Source: Microcoleus sp. | GTDB taxonomy: Bacteria > Cyanobacteriota > Cyanobacteriia > Cyanobacteriales > Microcoleaceae | Assembly (NCBI GenBank): GCA_042408215.1 | Contig: JAYFMW010000017.1 | Span: 640,001-704,000 of the forward strand | Reading direction: 5' to 3' | DNA: 64,000 bases | Part shown: in pieces, positions 1 to 11,189 of the stretch | Position numbering within the stretch: the stretch's first letter is position 1 | Layout: each line of letters opens with the position of its first letter | Notes under the pieces: model-generated | Told to the model about the DNA's origin: nothing | Seen by the model: the letters and a program-made list of their open reading frames with translations, nothing else | Database searches by the model: none | Made by a program: the position numbers and the translations under genes

Positions 1-144
1 CAGCAGTCATTAGTCAGCAGTCATTAGTCAGTAGTCAGTAAGTAAATCAACCTAATTAAACGTAAAACGCTATGGCTGTTAGATCCCCGACTTCTTTAAG
101 CCTGCGCGGTTCTGGGTGTTCTGTTTTTTTAGGTTGGTCTACTT

Positions 145-222
145 AGTCAGTAGTCAGTCAACAGTCAACAGTCAACAGTCAACAGTCAACAGTCAACAGT
201 CAACAGTCAACAGTCAACTAAC
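145..222 (+). repeat. STRR heptamer tract (AGTCAAC)n
   Basis: About 9-10 tandem AGTCAAC units at the aspC 3' end. Confidence 0.85.
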
Positions 223-228
223 TAATTT

Positions 229-1395
229 TTAGATGTGGCGGACAAATTTATCTAGCCTTTCGACAGCTTTTTTAATTGTGCCTAAATCGGTGGCGTAAGA
301 TAAGCGAATGTGGTCGTCTGCACCAAAAGCAATGCCGGGAATAACTGCTACTTGTTGCTGTTCTAATAAAGCGTCGGAAAATTCTAGAGAAGTCATGCCA
401 GTTTTGCTGATATTGACAAACATATAGAAAGCGCCGTCGGGTTTGGTGCAGCTAATTCCGGGGATAGCATCGAGTAATTCAAATATTACCTGACGCCGAT
501 CGGCAAAAGCTAGACGCATTTTTTCCACAGATTCTTGGCTGCTTTCCAAAGCTGCGATCGCCCCGTACTGTGCAAAGGTACACACGTTTGAGGTACTATG
601 TCCTTGAACGGTACTGGTAGCTTTGATTAATTCGATCGGTCCGGCCAAATAGCCAACTCGCCAGCCAGTCATGGCGTAAGCTTTGGCAAAACCGCTGCTG
701 ATAATTGTGCGATCGAAGATTTCTTGGCCCAGGGAACCGATGCTGACGTGTTGGGCTCCGTCGTATATAATTTTTTCGTAAATTTCGTCCGAAACGACTA
801 AAATATCTCGCTCGACTATCACCTCAGCTAGTGCTTTGATTTCCGCTGGATTATACACCATTCCCGTCGGGTTAGATGGCGAATTGAGTACAAATAACTT
901 GGTGCGGGGAGTAATCGCTTGACGCAGTTGTTCCGGGGTGATTTTATATCCCGTAGAAGCATCAGTCTGGACAATTACTGGCTTACCGCTGGCGAGCTTG
1001 ACCATTTCTGGATAGCTCAGCCAGTAGGGAGCAGGTATAATTACTTCGTCTCCCGCCTCAATCAGAGCCATCATCAGATTGTAGAGAGAATGCTTGCCAC
1101 CGTTGGTGACGATGATATTCTCAGGTTGATAGTGGAGATTGTTGTCGGAGCGGAGTTTGCGGGCGATCGCAGCTTTTAACTGCGGTTCCCCAGCCGCCGG
1201 ACCGTATTTAGTCTTGCCACTGTCTAAAGCTTGCTTAGCCGCTGCTTTAATGTGTTCTGGGGTATCAAAATCTGGTTCTCCCGTACTCAAACTACATACA
1301 TCAATGCCCTCGGCCTTCATGGCTTTCGCCTTAGCTGCGATCGCTAAGGTGATGGAAGGAGGAACTTCACCCACTCGTGCTGCCAACTTAATCAT
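229..1395 (-). CDS. aspC: Aspartate aminotransferase (PLP-dependent, class I/II)
   Basis: 388-aa ORF with [18 protein letters not shown] and the PLP-lysine motif [16 protein letters not shown]. Confidence 0.9.
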   Translation of the reverse strand: MIKLAARVGEVPPSITLAIAAKAKAMKAEGIDVCSLSTGEPDFDTPEHIKAAAKQALDSGKTKYGPAAGEPQLKAAIARKLRSDNNLHYQPENIIVTNGGKHSLYNLMMALIEAGDEVIIPAPYWLSYPEMVKLASGKPVIVQTDASTGYKITPEQLRQAITPRTKLFVLNSPSNPTGMVYNPAEIKALAEVIVERDILVVSDEIYEKIIYDGAQHVSIGSLGQEIFDRTIISSGFAKAYAMTGWRVGYLAGPIELIKATSTVQGHSTSNVCTFAQYGAIAALESSQESVEKMRLAFADRRQVIFELLDAIPGISCTKPDGAFYMFVNISKTGMTSLEFSDALLEQQQVAVIPGIAFGADDHIRLSYATDLGTIKKAVERLDKFVRHI

Positions 1396-1632
1396 TGGAT
1401 TTTAGATATTAGATTTTTGACTTTAGATCTTAGGGGGTAAAATCTTGATATTCAACCCCGTTGTTAGGGAATTATGACATTTGCTTAGCTAGTACGTACA
1501 GGATTCAGTAATTAAACAATAAAAATTGAAAAAGCTATTAGTTTTAATTTTTATTGTTTATGGTTTATTTTTTGACGCGATCGTTGTACCATTTTTGATG
1601 CCTTCTTACCCTCAACCCCGATCTACAAGCTT

Positions 1633-2145
1633 ATGGATCTCAAATCTCTGATTCACGATATTCCTGATTTCCCCAAACCGGGAATCATGTTTCGAGATAT
1701 TACAACTTTGCTGCGAAACCCCCAAGGACTGAGCTACACCATTGACATTTTAGCCGAAAAGTGTTGTGAAATGTGTCCTGACTATGTAGTGGGTATGGAA
1801 TCGCGGGGCTTTATATTTGGCACGCCTTTGGCTTATAAAATGGGAGTGGGCTTTGTTCCAGTCCGCAAGCCGGGGAAATTGCCTAGAGAAGTTTATTTCG
1901 CTGAGTACGACTTGGAGTATGGTGTCGATCGACTGGAAATGCACCAAGACGCGATGACATCGGGTAGTCGGGTGCTAATTGTGGATGATTTAATCGCCAC
2001 TGGCGGGACAGCAGCAGCTACAGCTAACTTGTTAGAGCAAGCTGGCTGCGAACTGGTCGGTTTTGCTTTTATTGTCGAATTGCAAGCCTTGGGCGGCAGG
2101 CAAAAATTGCCGGATGTGCCAATTGTTACGCTAGTTGAGTATTAG
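1633..2145 (+). CDS. apt: Adenine phosphoribosyltransferase
   Basis: [25 protein letters not shown] and PRPP motif [13 protein letters not shown]. Confidence 0.97.
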   Translation: MDLKSLIHDIPDFPKPGIMFRDITTLLRNPQGLSYTIDILAEKCCEMCPDYVVGMESRGFIFGTPLAYKMGVGFVPVRKPGKLPREVYFAEYDLEYGVDRLEMHQDAMTSGSRVLIVDDLIATGGTAAATANLLEQAGCELVGFAFIVELQALGGRQKLPDVPIVTLVEY

Positions 2146-2203
2146 TCAGTTGACTGTTAACTGTTGACTGTTGACTGTTGACGGTTGACTGTTAACAGTT
2201 GAT

Positions 2204-2620
2204 TGTTGAATAAACACTTTTTAACCGCTCTTGCCGCAGAGGACACAGAGTCAGAAAGTCAGAGAAGAGAGAGATGAATTATTCCGATACTAACGGATTT
2301 GATCTCATTCACAAATCTAAATTCTCAATTCTCAAGTTGATGGTTGAATAAACACTTTTTAACCGCTCTTGCCGCAGAGGACGCAGAGTCAGAAGAAGAG
2401 AGAAGAGAGAGATGAATTATTCCGATACTAACGGATTTGATCTCATTCACAAATCTAAATTCTCAATTCTCAAGTTGATGGTTGAATAAACACTTTTTAA
2501 CCGCTCTTGCCGCTCTTGCCGCAGAGTCAGAGAGTCAGAGAAGAGAGAGATGAATTATTCCGATACTAACGGATTTGATCTCATTCACAAATCTAAATTC
2601 TCAATTCTAAATTCTAAAAT
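2204..2620 (+). repeat. Three tandem ~138-bp copies of the dispersed CGCAGAG...GAATTATTCCGATACTAACGGATTTGAT element
   Basis: Near-identical units begin at about 2204, 2343 and 2480; relatives occur at about 3720, 4937, 10983, 13640, 29325, 33036, 56815 and 63865. Confidence 0.85.
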
Positions 2621-2623
2621 GCT

Positions 2624-3664
2624 ATGACTTCTATTAAATTGCACGATAATTTACGAGTGTTGAGTTCTCTGTTTGGCGGCGAGACATTTACCTATGTTTT
2701 CAAGAGATTGTTGCAGGCTCTGTTAACGCTGTTTTTGGCGTCGATTCTTTGTTTTGCAATTATTGAGCTTGCACCGGGAAATTACTTGGATACTTTGAGC
2801 CAAAATCCGAAGATTTCGCCGGAGACTCTTAAGCAACTCGAACAACAATTTGGCTTGGATAAACCAGCTTTTGTGCAGTATTGGCTGTGGTTGCAACAAA
2901 TTGTAACGCGGGGGAATTTTGGTACGAGTTTTGTGTATCAGCGATCGGTGGCTTCTCTGCTGTGGGAAAGGGTACCGGCGACGCTGTTGATGGCGATCGC
3001 ATCTTTGATTGTAACTTGGGCGATCGCGATTCCTTTGGGAATCATCGCCGCTGTCAATCAAAACCGGACAGTCGATCGCATTTTGCAAGTAGTCAGCTAC
3101 ACAGGACAAGGATTTCCCAGCTTTATCATGGCTTTGCTGCTGCTATTTTTCGCACAGAATACATCGCCTCTTTTTCCAGTAGGAGGAATGACAAGTATTG
3201 ACCACGCAGACTTACCTTGGTGGGGTCAAATCATGGATTATGGCTGGCACTTAATTTTGCCAACAGTCGCCTTGAGCCTGACCGGTTTCGCAGGTTTGCA
3301 AAGATTGATGCGGGGACAATTATTGGATGTACTGCGTCAAGATTATATCAGAACAGCAAGGGCTAAAGGTTTGCCGGAAAATCGAGTAATTTATGTGCAC
3401 GCTCTGCGGAATGCGGTTAATCCATTGGTGACGCTGTTAGGTTTTGAGTTTGCTAGTTTGTTAAGCGGTGCGTTTATTGCGGAACTTTTCTTTAATTGGC
3501 CTGGTTTGGGAAAACTGACTTTGGAGGCTGTGACTAATCAAGATTTGTATTTAGTAATGGCCACTTTGATGATAGGTTCTGCGATGTTGATTGTGGGTAA
3601 TTTGTTGGCAGATTTGTTGCTCAAAGCAGTCGATCCTCGAATTAAGCTGGAAGATTTGAAATAA
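2624..3664 (+). CDS. Peptide/nickel ABC transporter permease (DppB/OppB family)
   Basis: Multi-pass membrane protein with EAA-loop motif DYIRTARAKGL..HALRNA and FNWPGLG. Confidence 0.9.
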   Translation: MTSIKLHDNLRVLSSLFGGETFTYVFKRLLQALLTLFLASILCFAIIELAPGNYLDTLSQNPKISPETLKQLEQQFGLDKPAFVQYWLWLQQIVTRGNFGTSFVYQRSVASLLWERVPATLLMAIASLIVTWAIAIPLGIIAAVNQNRTVDRILQVVSYTGQGFPSFIMALLLLFFAQNTSPLFPVGGMTSIDHADLPWWGQIMDYGWHLILPTVALSLTGFAGLQRLMRGQLLDVLRQDYIRTARAKGLPENRVIYVHALRNAVNPLVTLLGFEFASLLSGAFIAELFFNWPGLGKLTLEAVTNQDLYLVMATLMIGSAMLIVGNLLADLLLKAVDPRIKLEDLK

Positions 3665-3931
3665 TAGAATTAGGCCTAAGGGTAAAAACGCGATCTCAAA
3701 TCCCTTAGTATCGTCCTGTATTCATCTCCCTCTTCTCTTCCTCTGCGCTCTCTGCGCTCTCTGCGGTTAAATAATTCCTATAACTGGGTATGAGTCAGAA
3801 GTCAAAAAGTAAGAAATCTAAATTTTTACCGAAATGGGATGACAGTTCCTTTAAGGAAATGCTAGGCTAGTTGTAGACTTCTATTTCCATGCCAGAGATG
3901 CACCGATAAAATTTCTCTTACCGCTCAAAAC

Positions 3932-4885
3932 ATGGCAAAACAACTAGCAATAGAAACTCGCGGGCTTACCAAACAATTCGATCGCCATATCGCAGTCAAT
4001 GACATCGATTTGCAAGTAGCAGCAGGCGAAGTATGCGGACTCATCGGCCCCAACGGTGCGGGGAAAACTACTTTGCTGCGAATGTTGGCGGCTGCTGAGG
4101 AACCGACTATAGGGGAAATTTACATCAATGGCGATCGCTTATTGCGCGATCGATCGCACCCCATGCTCAAACAGCGCATCGGCTTCCTTCCCGACGATTT
4201 TCCCCTCTACGACGAATTGACTGTTTGGGATTATTTAGACTATTTTGCGCGACTCTACAACCTCCAGCAGCCGCGCCGCCGATCGCGAATCAACTCCGTT
4301 TTAGAACTCGTGCAACTAACCAACAAGCGCAACAGCTTAATTTCCACCCTTTCGCGGGGGATGAAACAGCGCCTGAGTTTGGCGAGAACTATTATCCACG
4401 AACCGCTGTTGCTATTGTTAGATGAACCAGTTTCTGGCTTAGATCCGATCGCCCGAATGCAGTTTCGCGAAATTATCAAAACCTTGCAATCAGTCGGAAT
4501 GACCGTAGTCATATCATCTCATGTTCTGAGTGACTTAGCCGAACTTTGTACCTGGATTGGTATTATGGAACTTGGATATCTGGTCGAAAGTGCACCTTTA
4601 CAAGAACTCTATAAACGCCTCAGTCGCCAGCAAATTTTCCTGTCGGTTTTAGGCAATAATTTAGAAGCGCTAATATCCGAGTTAAAAAACTTTCCTTGGG
4701 TGGAAAATTGGGAAATAGTGCCGGAAACTCAGCAGGTTTGTGTTAACTTTTCGGGAAGCCAGGAAGATGCAGCAAATTTATTGCGGGAACTTGTCGCGGC
4801 CAAGATTCCTCTAACCGAATTTCATTGCACTCAAGAAGACTTAGAAACCATTTTCCTGAAGATGGGACATAAACAAGCATCCTAA
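3932..4885 (+). CDS. ABC-2 type transporter ATP-binding protein
   Basis: Walker A GPNGAGKTT, signature LSRGMKQR, Walker B LLLLDEP. Confidence 0.93.
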   Translation: MAKQLAIETRGLTKQFDRHIAVNDIDLQVAAGEVCGLIGPNGAGKTTLLRMLAAAEEPTIGEIYINGDRLLRDRSHPMLKQRIGFLPDDFPLYDELTVWDYLDYFARLYNLQQPRRRSRINSVLELVQLTNKRNSLISTLSRGMKQRLSLARTIIHEPLLLLLDEPVSGLDPIARMQFREIIKTLQSVGMTVVISSHVLSDLAELCTWIGIMELGYLVESAPLQELYKRLSRQQIFLSVLGNNLEALISELKNFPWVENWEIVPETQQVCVNFSGSQEDAANLLRELVAAKIPLTEFHCTQEDLETIFLKMGHKQAS

Positions 4886-5031
4886 TTTACTCGTTTCCTC
4901 TTTACCAGACAGTGAGTTATCATTGAGTTATATTCTTTACGGTTGGATCGGAATTATTTAACCGCAGAGAGCGCAGAGGACACAGAGGAAGAGAAGAGAG
5001 AGAATTACCAATCACCAATCAGTAATAACTT

Positions 5032-6708
5032 ATGACACTCAATTTACTAGACAAAATTGGCAACTGGAATCCCCAGTTATTTCGAGAAATGAAGGGCCGC
5101 TTGAATATTGGCAATATGGCGATCGCCTCGGCCTTTTCCCTCAGCGCTCAACTGCTGCTATTCATGTATTACAGCGCCCAGATACCCGTTCCCCCTGCTA
5201 ATGGAGAGGACACTTACCCCGTCTATAGCAGATTTTGCTTAGAGACTGTCAATCCCTATGATACAAAGTGCGTCACAGATGCTTTGGGCAACTTTGTCAT
5301 TAACTGGCAGAAGTTGTGGCTAGAGATATTCTTTTTGCTAAGCATATTTAGCGTGTTAGCCCTATTACTAGGAGGGACTTATATGCTTGTCAGCGACTTA
5401 GACAGGGAGGAACGCCGCGGCACCCTCAACTTTATTCGCCTCAGTCCCCAGCCAGCCAAAACAATTTTTCTGGGCAAAATTCTGGGCGTCCCAATTCTAC
5501 TTTATCTAGCAGCAATTCTGGCAGTACCGCTGCACCTGTACAGTGGATTAGCTGCTCAAATACCCCTGAATGGAATTTTATGTTTCTATGCAGCGGTTGC
5601 AGCTAGTTGTGCTTTATTTTACAGCGCTGCGATGCTATTTGGATTGACAACGAGTTGGTTGGGAGGATTGCAACCTGCGTTAGCTACCATTCCGGTTTTT
5701 GCTTTCTTGTGGATTTCTGCGATGCTCCAGTTCACGCACACTGCTTGGGATTTGCTAACATTTTTGTCTCCCATTGCTATCCTGAAATATCTGCTTTTTG
5801 GAGTTGTTTCTAAATACGATCAATTCCCTTGGTTAGTTTTAAATTTAGACAATTTGCAATGGTTTTACTCGCCAGTAGGTGAAAATATTGCGAGTGGCAT
5901 TGCTTTATCTCTCTTAATTTGCGGTGCAGGAACCTATTGGATGTGGCAGGGATGGCAGCGCCGCTTTCCTAATCCCAGTGCTACAGTTTTCAGCAAGCGG
6001 CAAAGTTATTTGCTAGTTATCTGCTGTCAGGTAATAATTTTAGGGTTTGCACTCCAATCCAACCCCACACCCTACCGTAATATCAGCGCTTTACTTATCT
6101 TTAATTTGCTGATGTTCTTAGCTTTAATTGCAGCTTTAACATCTCAGAGACAATCTTTGTACGATTGGGCGAGGTATCGGCAACAAATCGTTCCGAGCAG
6201 TCATAAGTTGTGGCGACGCTACCCATTACTCGATTTAATTTGGAGCGATAAAAGTCCGGCTGTAGTTGCGATCGCGATTAATTTGCTGATCTCAGTCATA
6301 ATTATAACACCTTGGGCGCTGTTGGAAAAATTTGAGACAAACGGATTTTGGGGCGTAATTCTCTGCATGAATCTCATCCTAATTTATGCAGCTATCGCCC
6401 AATTATTCCTATTTACCAAAACCCGAAATCAGGAAATTTGGGCCGTCGGGACAGTGGGTGGCGCTATCTTGTTGCCGCCTGCGATTTTATGTATGCTGTT
6501 GCTCGCCCCAGAAAAAGCTCCTGTTTTCTGGTTGTCTTCAACATTTGCTAGCTTTTGGTTTTCGGGGGTGAGCGCAGTCGCATCAGGAAATACGATTTTG
6601 CTATCCATACTCAGTCAGTGGACTGTGTTGCTGTTGTTGAACCTTAAATTGCGATCGCAACTGAAACTCGCAGGGGAATCAGCTTCTAGGGCACTGCTGA
6701 AAGCTTGA
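5032..6708 (+). CDS. ABC-2 type transporter permease-like membrane protein
   Basis: 558 aa with about 12 hydrophobic segments and EERRGTLNFIRLSPQ; follows the ATPase gene. Confidence 0.75.
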   Translation: MTLNLLDKIGNWNPQLFREMKGRLNIGNMAIASAFSLSAQLLLFMYYSAQIPVPPANGEDTYPVYSRFCLETVNPYDTKCVTDALGNFVINWQKLWLEIFFLLSIFSVLALLLGGTYMLVSDLDREERRGTLNFIRLSPQPAKTIFLGKILGVPILLYLAAILAVPLHLYSGLAAQIPLNGILCFYAAVAASCALFYSAAMLFGLTTSWLGGLQPALATIPVFAFLWISAMLQFTHTAWDLLTFLSPIAILKYLLFGVVSKYDQFPWLVLNLDNLQWFYSPVGENIASGIALSLLICGAGTYWMWQGWQRRFPNPSATVFSKRQSYLLVICCQVIILGFALQSNPTPYRNISALLIFNLLMFLALIAALTSQRQSLYDWARYRQQIVPSSHKLWRRYPLLDLIWSDKSPAVVAIAINLLISVIIITPWALLEKFETNGFWGVILCMNLILIYAAIAQLFLFTKTRNQEIWAVGTVGGAILLPPAILCMLLLAPEKAPVFWLSSTFASFWFSGVSAVASGNTILLSILSQWTVLLLLNLKLRSQLKLAGESASRALLKA

Positions 6709-6776
6709 ACAAGAATACGCGGCTCCCCGCAGGCTTAAAGAAGTCGGGGATCTAACAGCGATCGCATTTTACGTTA

Positions 6777-6846
6777 TTCCCAATTCCCAATTCCCAATTC
6801 CCAATTCCCAATTCCCAATTCCCAATTCCCAATTCCCGATTCCCGA
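6777..6846 (+). repeat. STRR heptamer tract (AATTCCC)n
   Basis: About 10 tandem units. Confidence 0.9.
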
Positions 6847-6889
6847 TCGCCAATTTGAGTTAATCTATTATTTTGATGAAGAAGATAAA

Positions 6890-7177
6890 ATGTTTTCTCA
6901 AGTTTTCTACTTGCTGCGTTCTCGTGCTGACGGCAAATATATCAGCGCTTGTCCCAATCCAGATTCGGCGGTAAGTTACCTGCTGATGTTTCGTGAAGAT
7001 TATGATGCTTTGAGTTATCTGAACGCCCATGCTGCGGATGTGGCCGATCGCTTCGGGGTAGAATCTATTTCCGGTTCTCAGGTAGATAAGCTGCTTCAGC
7101 GTTGGGGATTTAACGGCGTGGGGATTGTTCAAGACCCGCTGTTGCCAAATATTCAGTTTTTAACGACTAATAATTGA
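6890..7177 (+). CDS. Conserved cyanobacterial hypothetical protein
   Basis: 95-aa ORF with [16 protein letters not shown] and [14 protein letters not shown]. Confidence 0.75.
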   Translation: MFSQVFYLLRSRADGKYISACPNPDSAVSYLLMFREDYDALSYLNAHAADVADRFGVESISGSQVDKLLQRWGFNGVGIVQDPLLPNIQFLTTNN

Positions 7178-7275
7178 CAATTGACAACATTTGTGCTTAA
7201 CCCGGTTTCTGGAAAAAATCGGGTTTTTTGCTGAAGTTTTGAGGCGATTCTTACACTCTGCCTGTATAGAGGTGT

Positions 7276-7291
7276 CCACCATATTTAGTGC
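7276..7291 (+). promoter_or_regulatory. Putative NrdR box
   Basis: cCACCATATTTAGTGc resembles the NrdR consensus (acaCwAtATaTwGtg) and lies about 95 bp upstream of nrdJ. Confidence 0.5.
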
Positions 7292-7385
7292 AAATTGTGA
7301 AATTTGTCAAGCTTTCACCCTAAATCTGAATCCTGTTGTATATTCATAGTCTGTTGATTTATTCCGACAAGTCAGTACACAACCT

Positions 7386-10300
7386 ATGGTTCGAGAATTA
7401 GAGCGATCGAGTGCTAGTGAGAAACCCAACCAGTCCGATTTCCCCGAAACAGCACCCGCAGCCAATCCAGTATTTTTCAGGACGTACAGCCGCCGTACCG
7501 ACACGGGAAGAGAGACTTGGGCCGATGTGTGCGATCGCACCGTCAAAGGCCTCCAAAAACTCGGAGACCTCACCCCCGAAGAAACAGAGCTCCTACACCG
7601 GATGCAAAACCAGCTCAAAACCCTCGCTTCCGGCCGCTGGCTGTGGGTGGGCGGCAGCAAGTGGATCGAACAACCAGAGAATTTTTCCGGCGCATATAAT
7701 TGCTCCTCAACAAATATTCTCGACTGGAAAGCCTTCGGTTTGTTGATGGATTTGGCGATGATGGGCTGCGGCACCGGTGCAGTTTTGGAACCCAAATATA
7801 TCAACCAATTGCCACCGATTCGCAACCGCTTAACCGTGACAATGCAAGGCGAAATCGGCTCTACACCAGCTCAATTGCGCCGTCAAGAAACCGAAGTAAA
7901 AATAGCAGAAAAAACCGCAACTATTTATGTCGGAGATTCTCGCCAAGGTTGGGTAAAATCCTATCAAACTTTGCTGGAATTATCCACAGATGAAAGATTT
8001 GCGGGAGCCGTTGAAATCTTCATTGATTTGAGCGATGTTCGCCCGGTGGGAGAACCTTTAAAAGGTTTTGGCGGAGTAGCAAATCCGGTGAAATTGGCAG
8101 ACCTTTATCAGCGCTGCGCGGCCATCTTGAATAAAGCTCAAGGGCGGCAGTTAAATTCAGTAGAATGCTGCGTGTTGATAGATGAAGCAGCGGTCACAAT
8201 TGTTGCTGGAAATATCCGGCGCAGCGCGGGAATTCGTCAGTTTGATTCTGGTGATGAACTAGGGGCAAATGCCAAGGACAATCTCTGGCAACAAGATGAA
8301 AATGGCAACTGGAAAATAGATCCAGAACGCGATGCTTTGAGAATGGCAAATCACTCTCGTGTTTTCCATTACAAACCTACCTTAGAAGAATGTATTGATG
8401 CTGTAAGAAAACAGTATTATTCTGGCGAAGGTGCAATTCAATGGGCTGGTGAAGCTGTAGCTAGAGCTAACGTTGATTTAATTCCAACGCCGAGTCTTAA
8501 ACTTGAGTTTTTGAAAGCTTACAACGAAGGAAAAGCTAAACAGTGGTTCCAGGAAGGCTATCCTAATATGACTGCTGATGAATTAGAGCATCGGTCAGTC
8601 CGTTTGGGATTAAACCCGTGTGGTAAGTAATTTTGCCTCACGTTAAAAACCCCGCAAATTCGGAGAAGACTGAGATGTTAATTCCGAGGTAAGTAAGGGA
8701 ATTAAAAATCCTTTACCACCGTAGAGCGTACCAGGTGAACCTTCTTTTTTGAAGAATATAATCCTGGCAAGAGTGCGGGGCATTTACCACTAGAGTAAAT
8801 GAAAAAGTACGCCGAGCTACAGGTAAAATGGAATCTGTAGAACTAGAGGATAAAAAGCCTTTAGGATAACAAAACTGGAAATCATCGGCTCTAATTTTCA
8901 CTGTGTCAGTGGAGAGACTCTGCTAATTACTAGAGACGGACTGCATCAAATAAAGGATGTTGTTGGAACTGAAATCGAGATTTGGAATGGTCAAAGATGG
9001 AGTTCTGTCACACCATTTCAGACAGCGAGTGATACCAAGGTTGGACGACGCAAACTTTATCGTGTGAAGTTTGCTGATGGTACTTATCTGGATGCCACAG
9101 AATATCATCGTTTCTTTGTCAAGGATCGATTTGGTAAAGTTTACCAGGAAGTCCAAACCAAAGACTTGATGGATACAAGTCGATATAGCATTCATACTGA
9201 ACCTTTCACAATTCAGTATGAAGATGGCATGAATATCGATGCAAGTTATGCTTACACTTTGGGTGTGGCTGTAGGAGATGGAACTACAGACAAAAATGAT
9301 CATGCAAAAGTTCGACTTTACGAAGGAAAAATGGCATTGTCAGTAGCAGGAAATAAGTCGCCTGACAGAAACTATGACTATTTACCTGTTTTTACAGATG
9401 TAACTAACTTGAGCTTTTCTGGAGAATTTCTGAAAAGTTTGAAAGTTAACCCAGAAGCACTAAATGTAATTGCTAGCTGGAATCGGCAAGCAATTTTACA
9501 TTTTATTGCTGGATTAGCCGATACGGACGGATCGAATACCCATAGTAATGGTATCAGAATTTATATTTCTGACCGCGATCGCGCTTTCAGAGTTCAGTTA
9601 CTTTTGACCAAATGTGGTATTCGCTCATCGCTAAATCTTTCTGCTCATCAAGGAGCAGTTACTAATTACGGTGTCCGAAGTCGGGATTTGTACTACTTGC
9701 AAATTACTGACTGTGGTGAAATTCCTTGTCAGCGGTTAGATGTGAGCAAAGGGACGAAGGCTAAACACAAAGGTAAATGGCAAGTTATCAGAAGTGTCGA
9801 AGAATTACCAGGATTGCATGATACTTACTGTTTCAACGAACCAGAGTTTCATAAGGGAGTTTTCGGCAATACCCTAACTGGAAACTGTAACTTGGCTGAG
9901 GTTCACCTCAATCAAATAGACCCTTACAACTTCAAAGAACAAGAAGAAGCCTTCAGGGCCGGAGCTCTATCTGTCGCGGTACTTCTCAATCACAAATTTA
10001 GCGAACCTCGCTATCAATATAGCCGCGAATTAGACCCGATTGTCGGCGTATCTTTCACGGGATTGTTCGACTTCTTCGTTCATGCTTTTGGCGTTGAGTG
10101 GCTGCGCTGGTGGGTGGAAGGTCGCCCGCAAACCGAGCAGGGAATGGCGTTTAAACAACGGGAAGAAGAGTATTTGAGTGGTTGGTGCGAGATTGTGAAT
10201 GGGGTAGTTTGGGATTATTGCGATCGCCATTCATTAAAACGCCCAAATCGCTGCACAACCGTTCAACCATCGGGTACAAAATCTCTACTGACAGGTGCTT

Positions 10301-10932
10301 CTCCCGGCTGGCATCCCCCGAAAGCCCAGCGTTTCATTCGCCGAATCACTTTCGGCAAAAACGACCCTGTAGCCCTCGCCTGCATCGACTACGGATACAA
10401 CGTAATTCCATCTCAATCTGACAAAGATGAAGATGGTAATTTGCTAAACAATCCCTTCGATGAACGCTGTACAGAATGGCTGGTAGAAATACCCGTTGCT
10501 GTCAGTTGGGCTGATTTACCCGGTGCCGATGAAATTGACATCAACAAATTCTCAGCGGCGGCACAAATGGACTTTTATATGCAAGTGCAAAAGTTCTACG
10601 TGCGACACAACACCAGCGCGACGATTGAGTTGCGAGAAAATGAAATTGAAAGTTTGGGTACGCGGATTTATGAAGCGATTCGCGATGACGAAGGCTACAT
10701 TTCCGCCGCACTTTTAGCTCGGTTTGATGCTCTTGAAACTTTCCCGCGTTTGCCCTTTGAACCGGTGAACAAGGAAACTTATGAGACGATGTTGAAAGAC
10801 GTTTTAGTGCGTCGCCAAATTGATGTTTTTCAGGTGGCACTGAGTCGTTATGACTTGGGTGAAATGATGGATTCTGGGCCTGCGGGTTGTGATTCTGATA
10901 AGTGTTTGATGCCGGAGACTAAGGCTATTTAA
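7386..10932 (+). CDS. nrdJ: Class II (B12-dependent) ribonucleoside-triphosphate reductase; join(7386..8624,8878..10932), 1097-aa precursor containing an intein, 769 aa mature
   Basis: Exon 1 ends GLNPCG and exon 2 resumes EIIGSNFH, restoring NPCGE. After the intein it continues CNLAEVHL, TTVQPSGTKSLL and the C-terminal GCDSDKC. Confidence 0.93.
8625..8877 (+). ncRNA. Group I self-splicing intron (253 nt, no ORF) in nrdJ
   Basis: 5' exon ends in U8624 paired to G8635 in P1 and the intron ends in G8877. P3 CCCCGCA(8650-56)/TGCGGGG(8774-80); P7 GAGCGTAC(8724-31)/GTACGCC(8807-13); P8 CATTTAC/GTAAATG; P9 CTACAG/CTGTAG. Removal restores the frame. Confidence 0.92.
8902..9885 (+). mobile_element. 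Intein (328 aa) with LAGLIDADG homing endonuclease in NrdJ
   Basis: N-terminus CVSGETLLITRDG; endonuclease blocks TLGVAVGDG and FIAGLADTDGS; block F DTYCFNEPEFH; C-terminus TLTGN followed by Cys+1. Confidence 0.92.
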
Positions 10933-10945
10933 TAGCGTTGAATTC

Positions 10946-10978
10946 AAATCCCCCAAATAAATGGGGGATTTTTTTTTA
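10946..10978 (+). terminator. Intrinsic terminator after nrdJ
   Basis: AAATCCCCCA-aataaa-TGGGGGATTT followed by a T run. Confidence 0.7.
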
Positions 10979-11189
10979 TATCGTTTCTGGTTGCATCGGA
11001 ATGTTTGAACCGCAGAGAACACAGAGGACACAGAGGGAGAGAATAGAGATCTGAATAATTCCGATGAAGAGAGGATGTTATATCCTAGGGATAGGGCGGT
11101 TGAAACCGTGTTTACACACAGGAATTTCGCCTCTGCGGATTCAGAAATCAAGAGTCATCTAAAATCTAAAATATACAATTTAAAATGCC

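Noticed and set aside
7386..10932. nrdJ as two genes or a pseudogene
   Set aside because: The break is fully explained by a group I intron, and the apparent start at 9064 lies inside the intein
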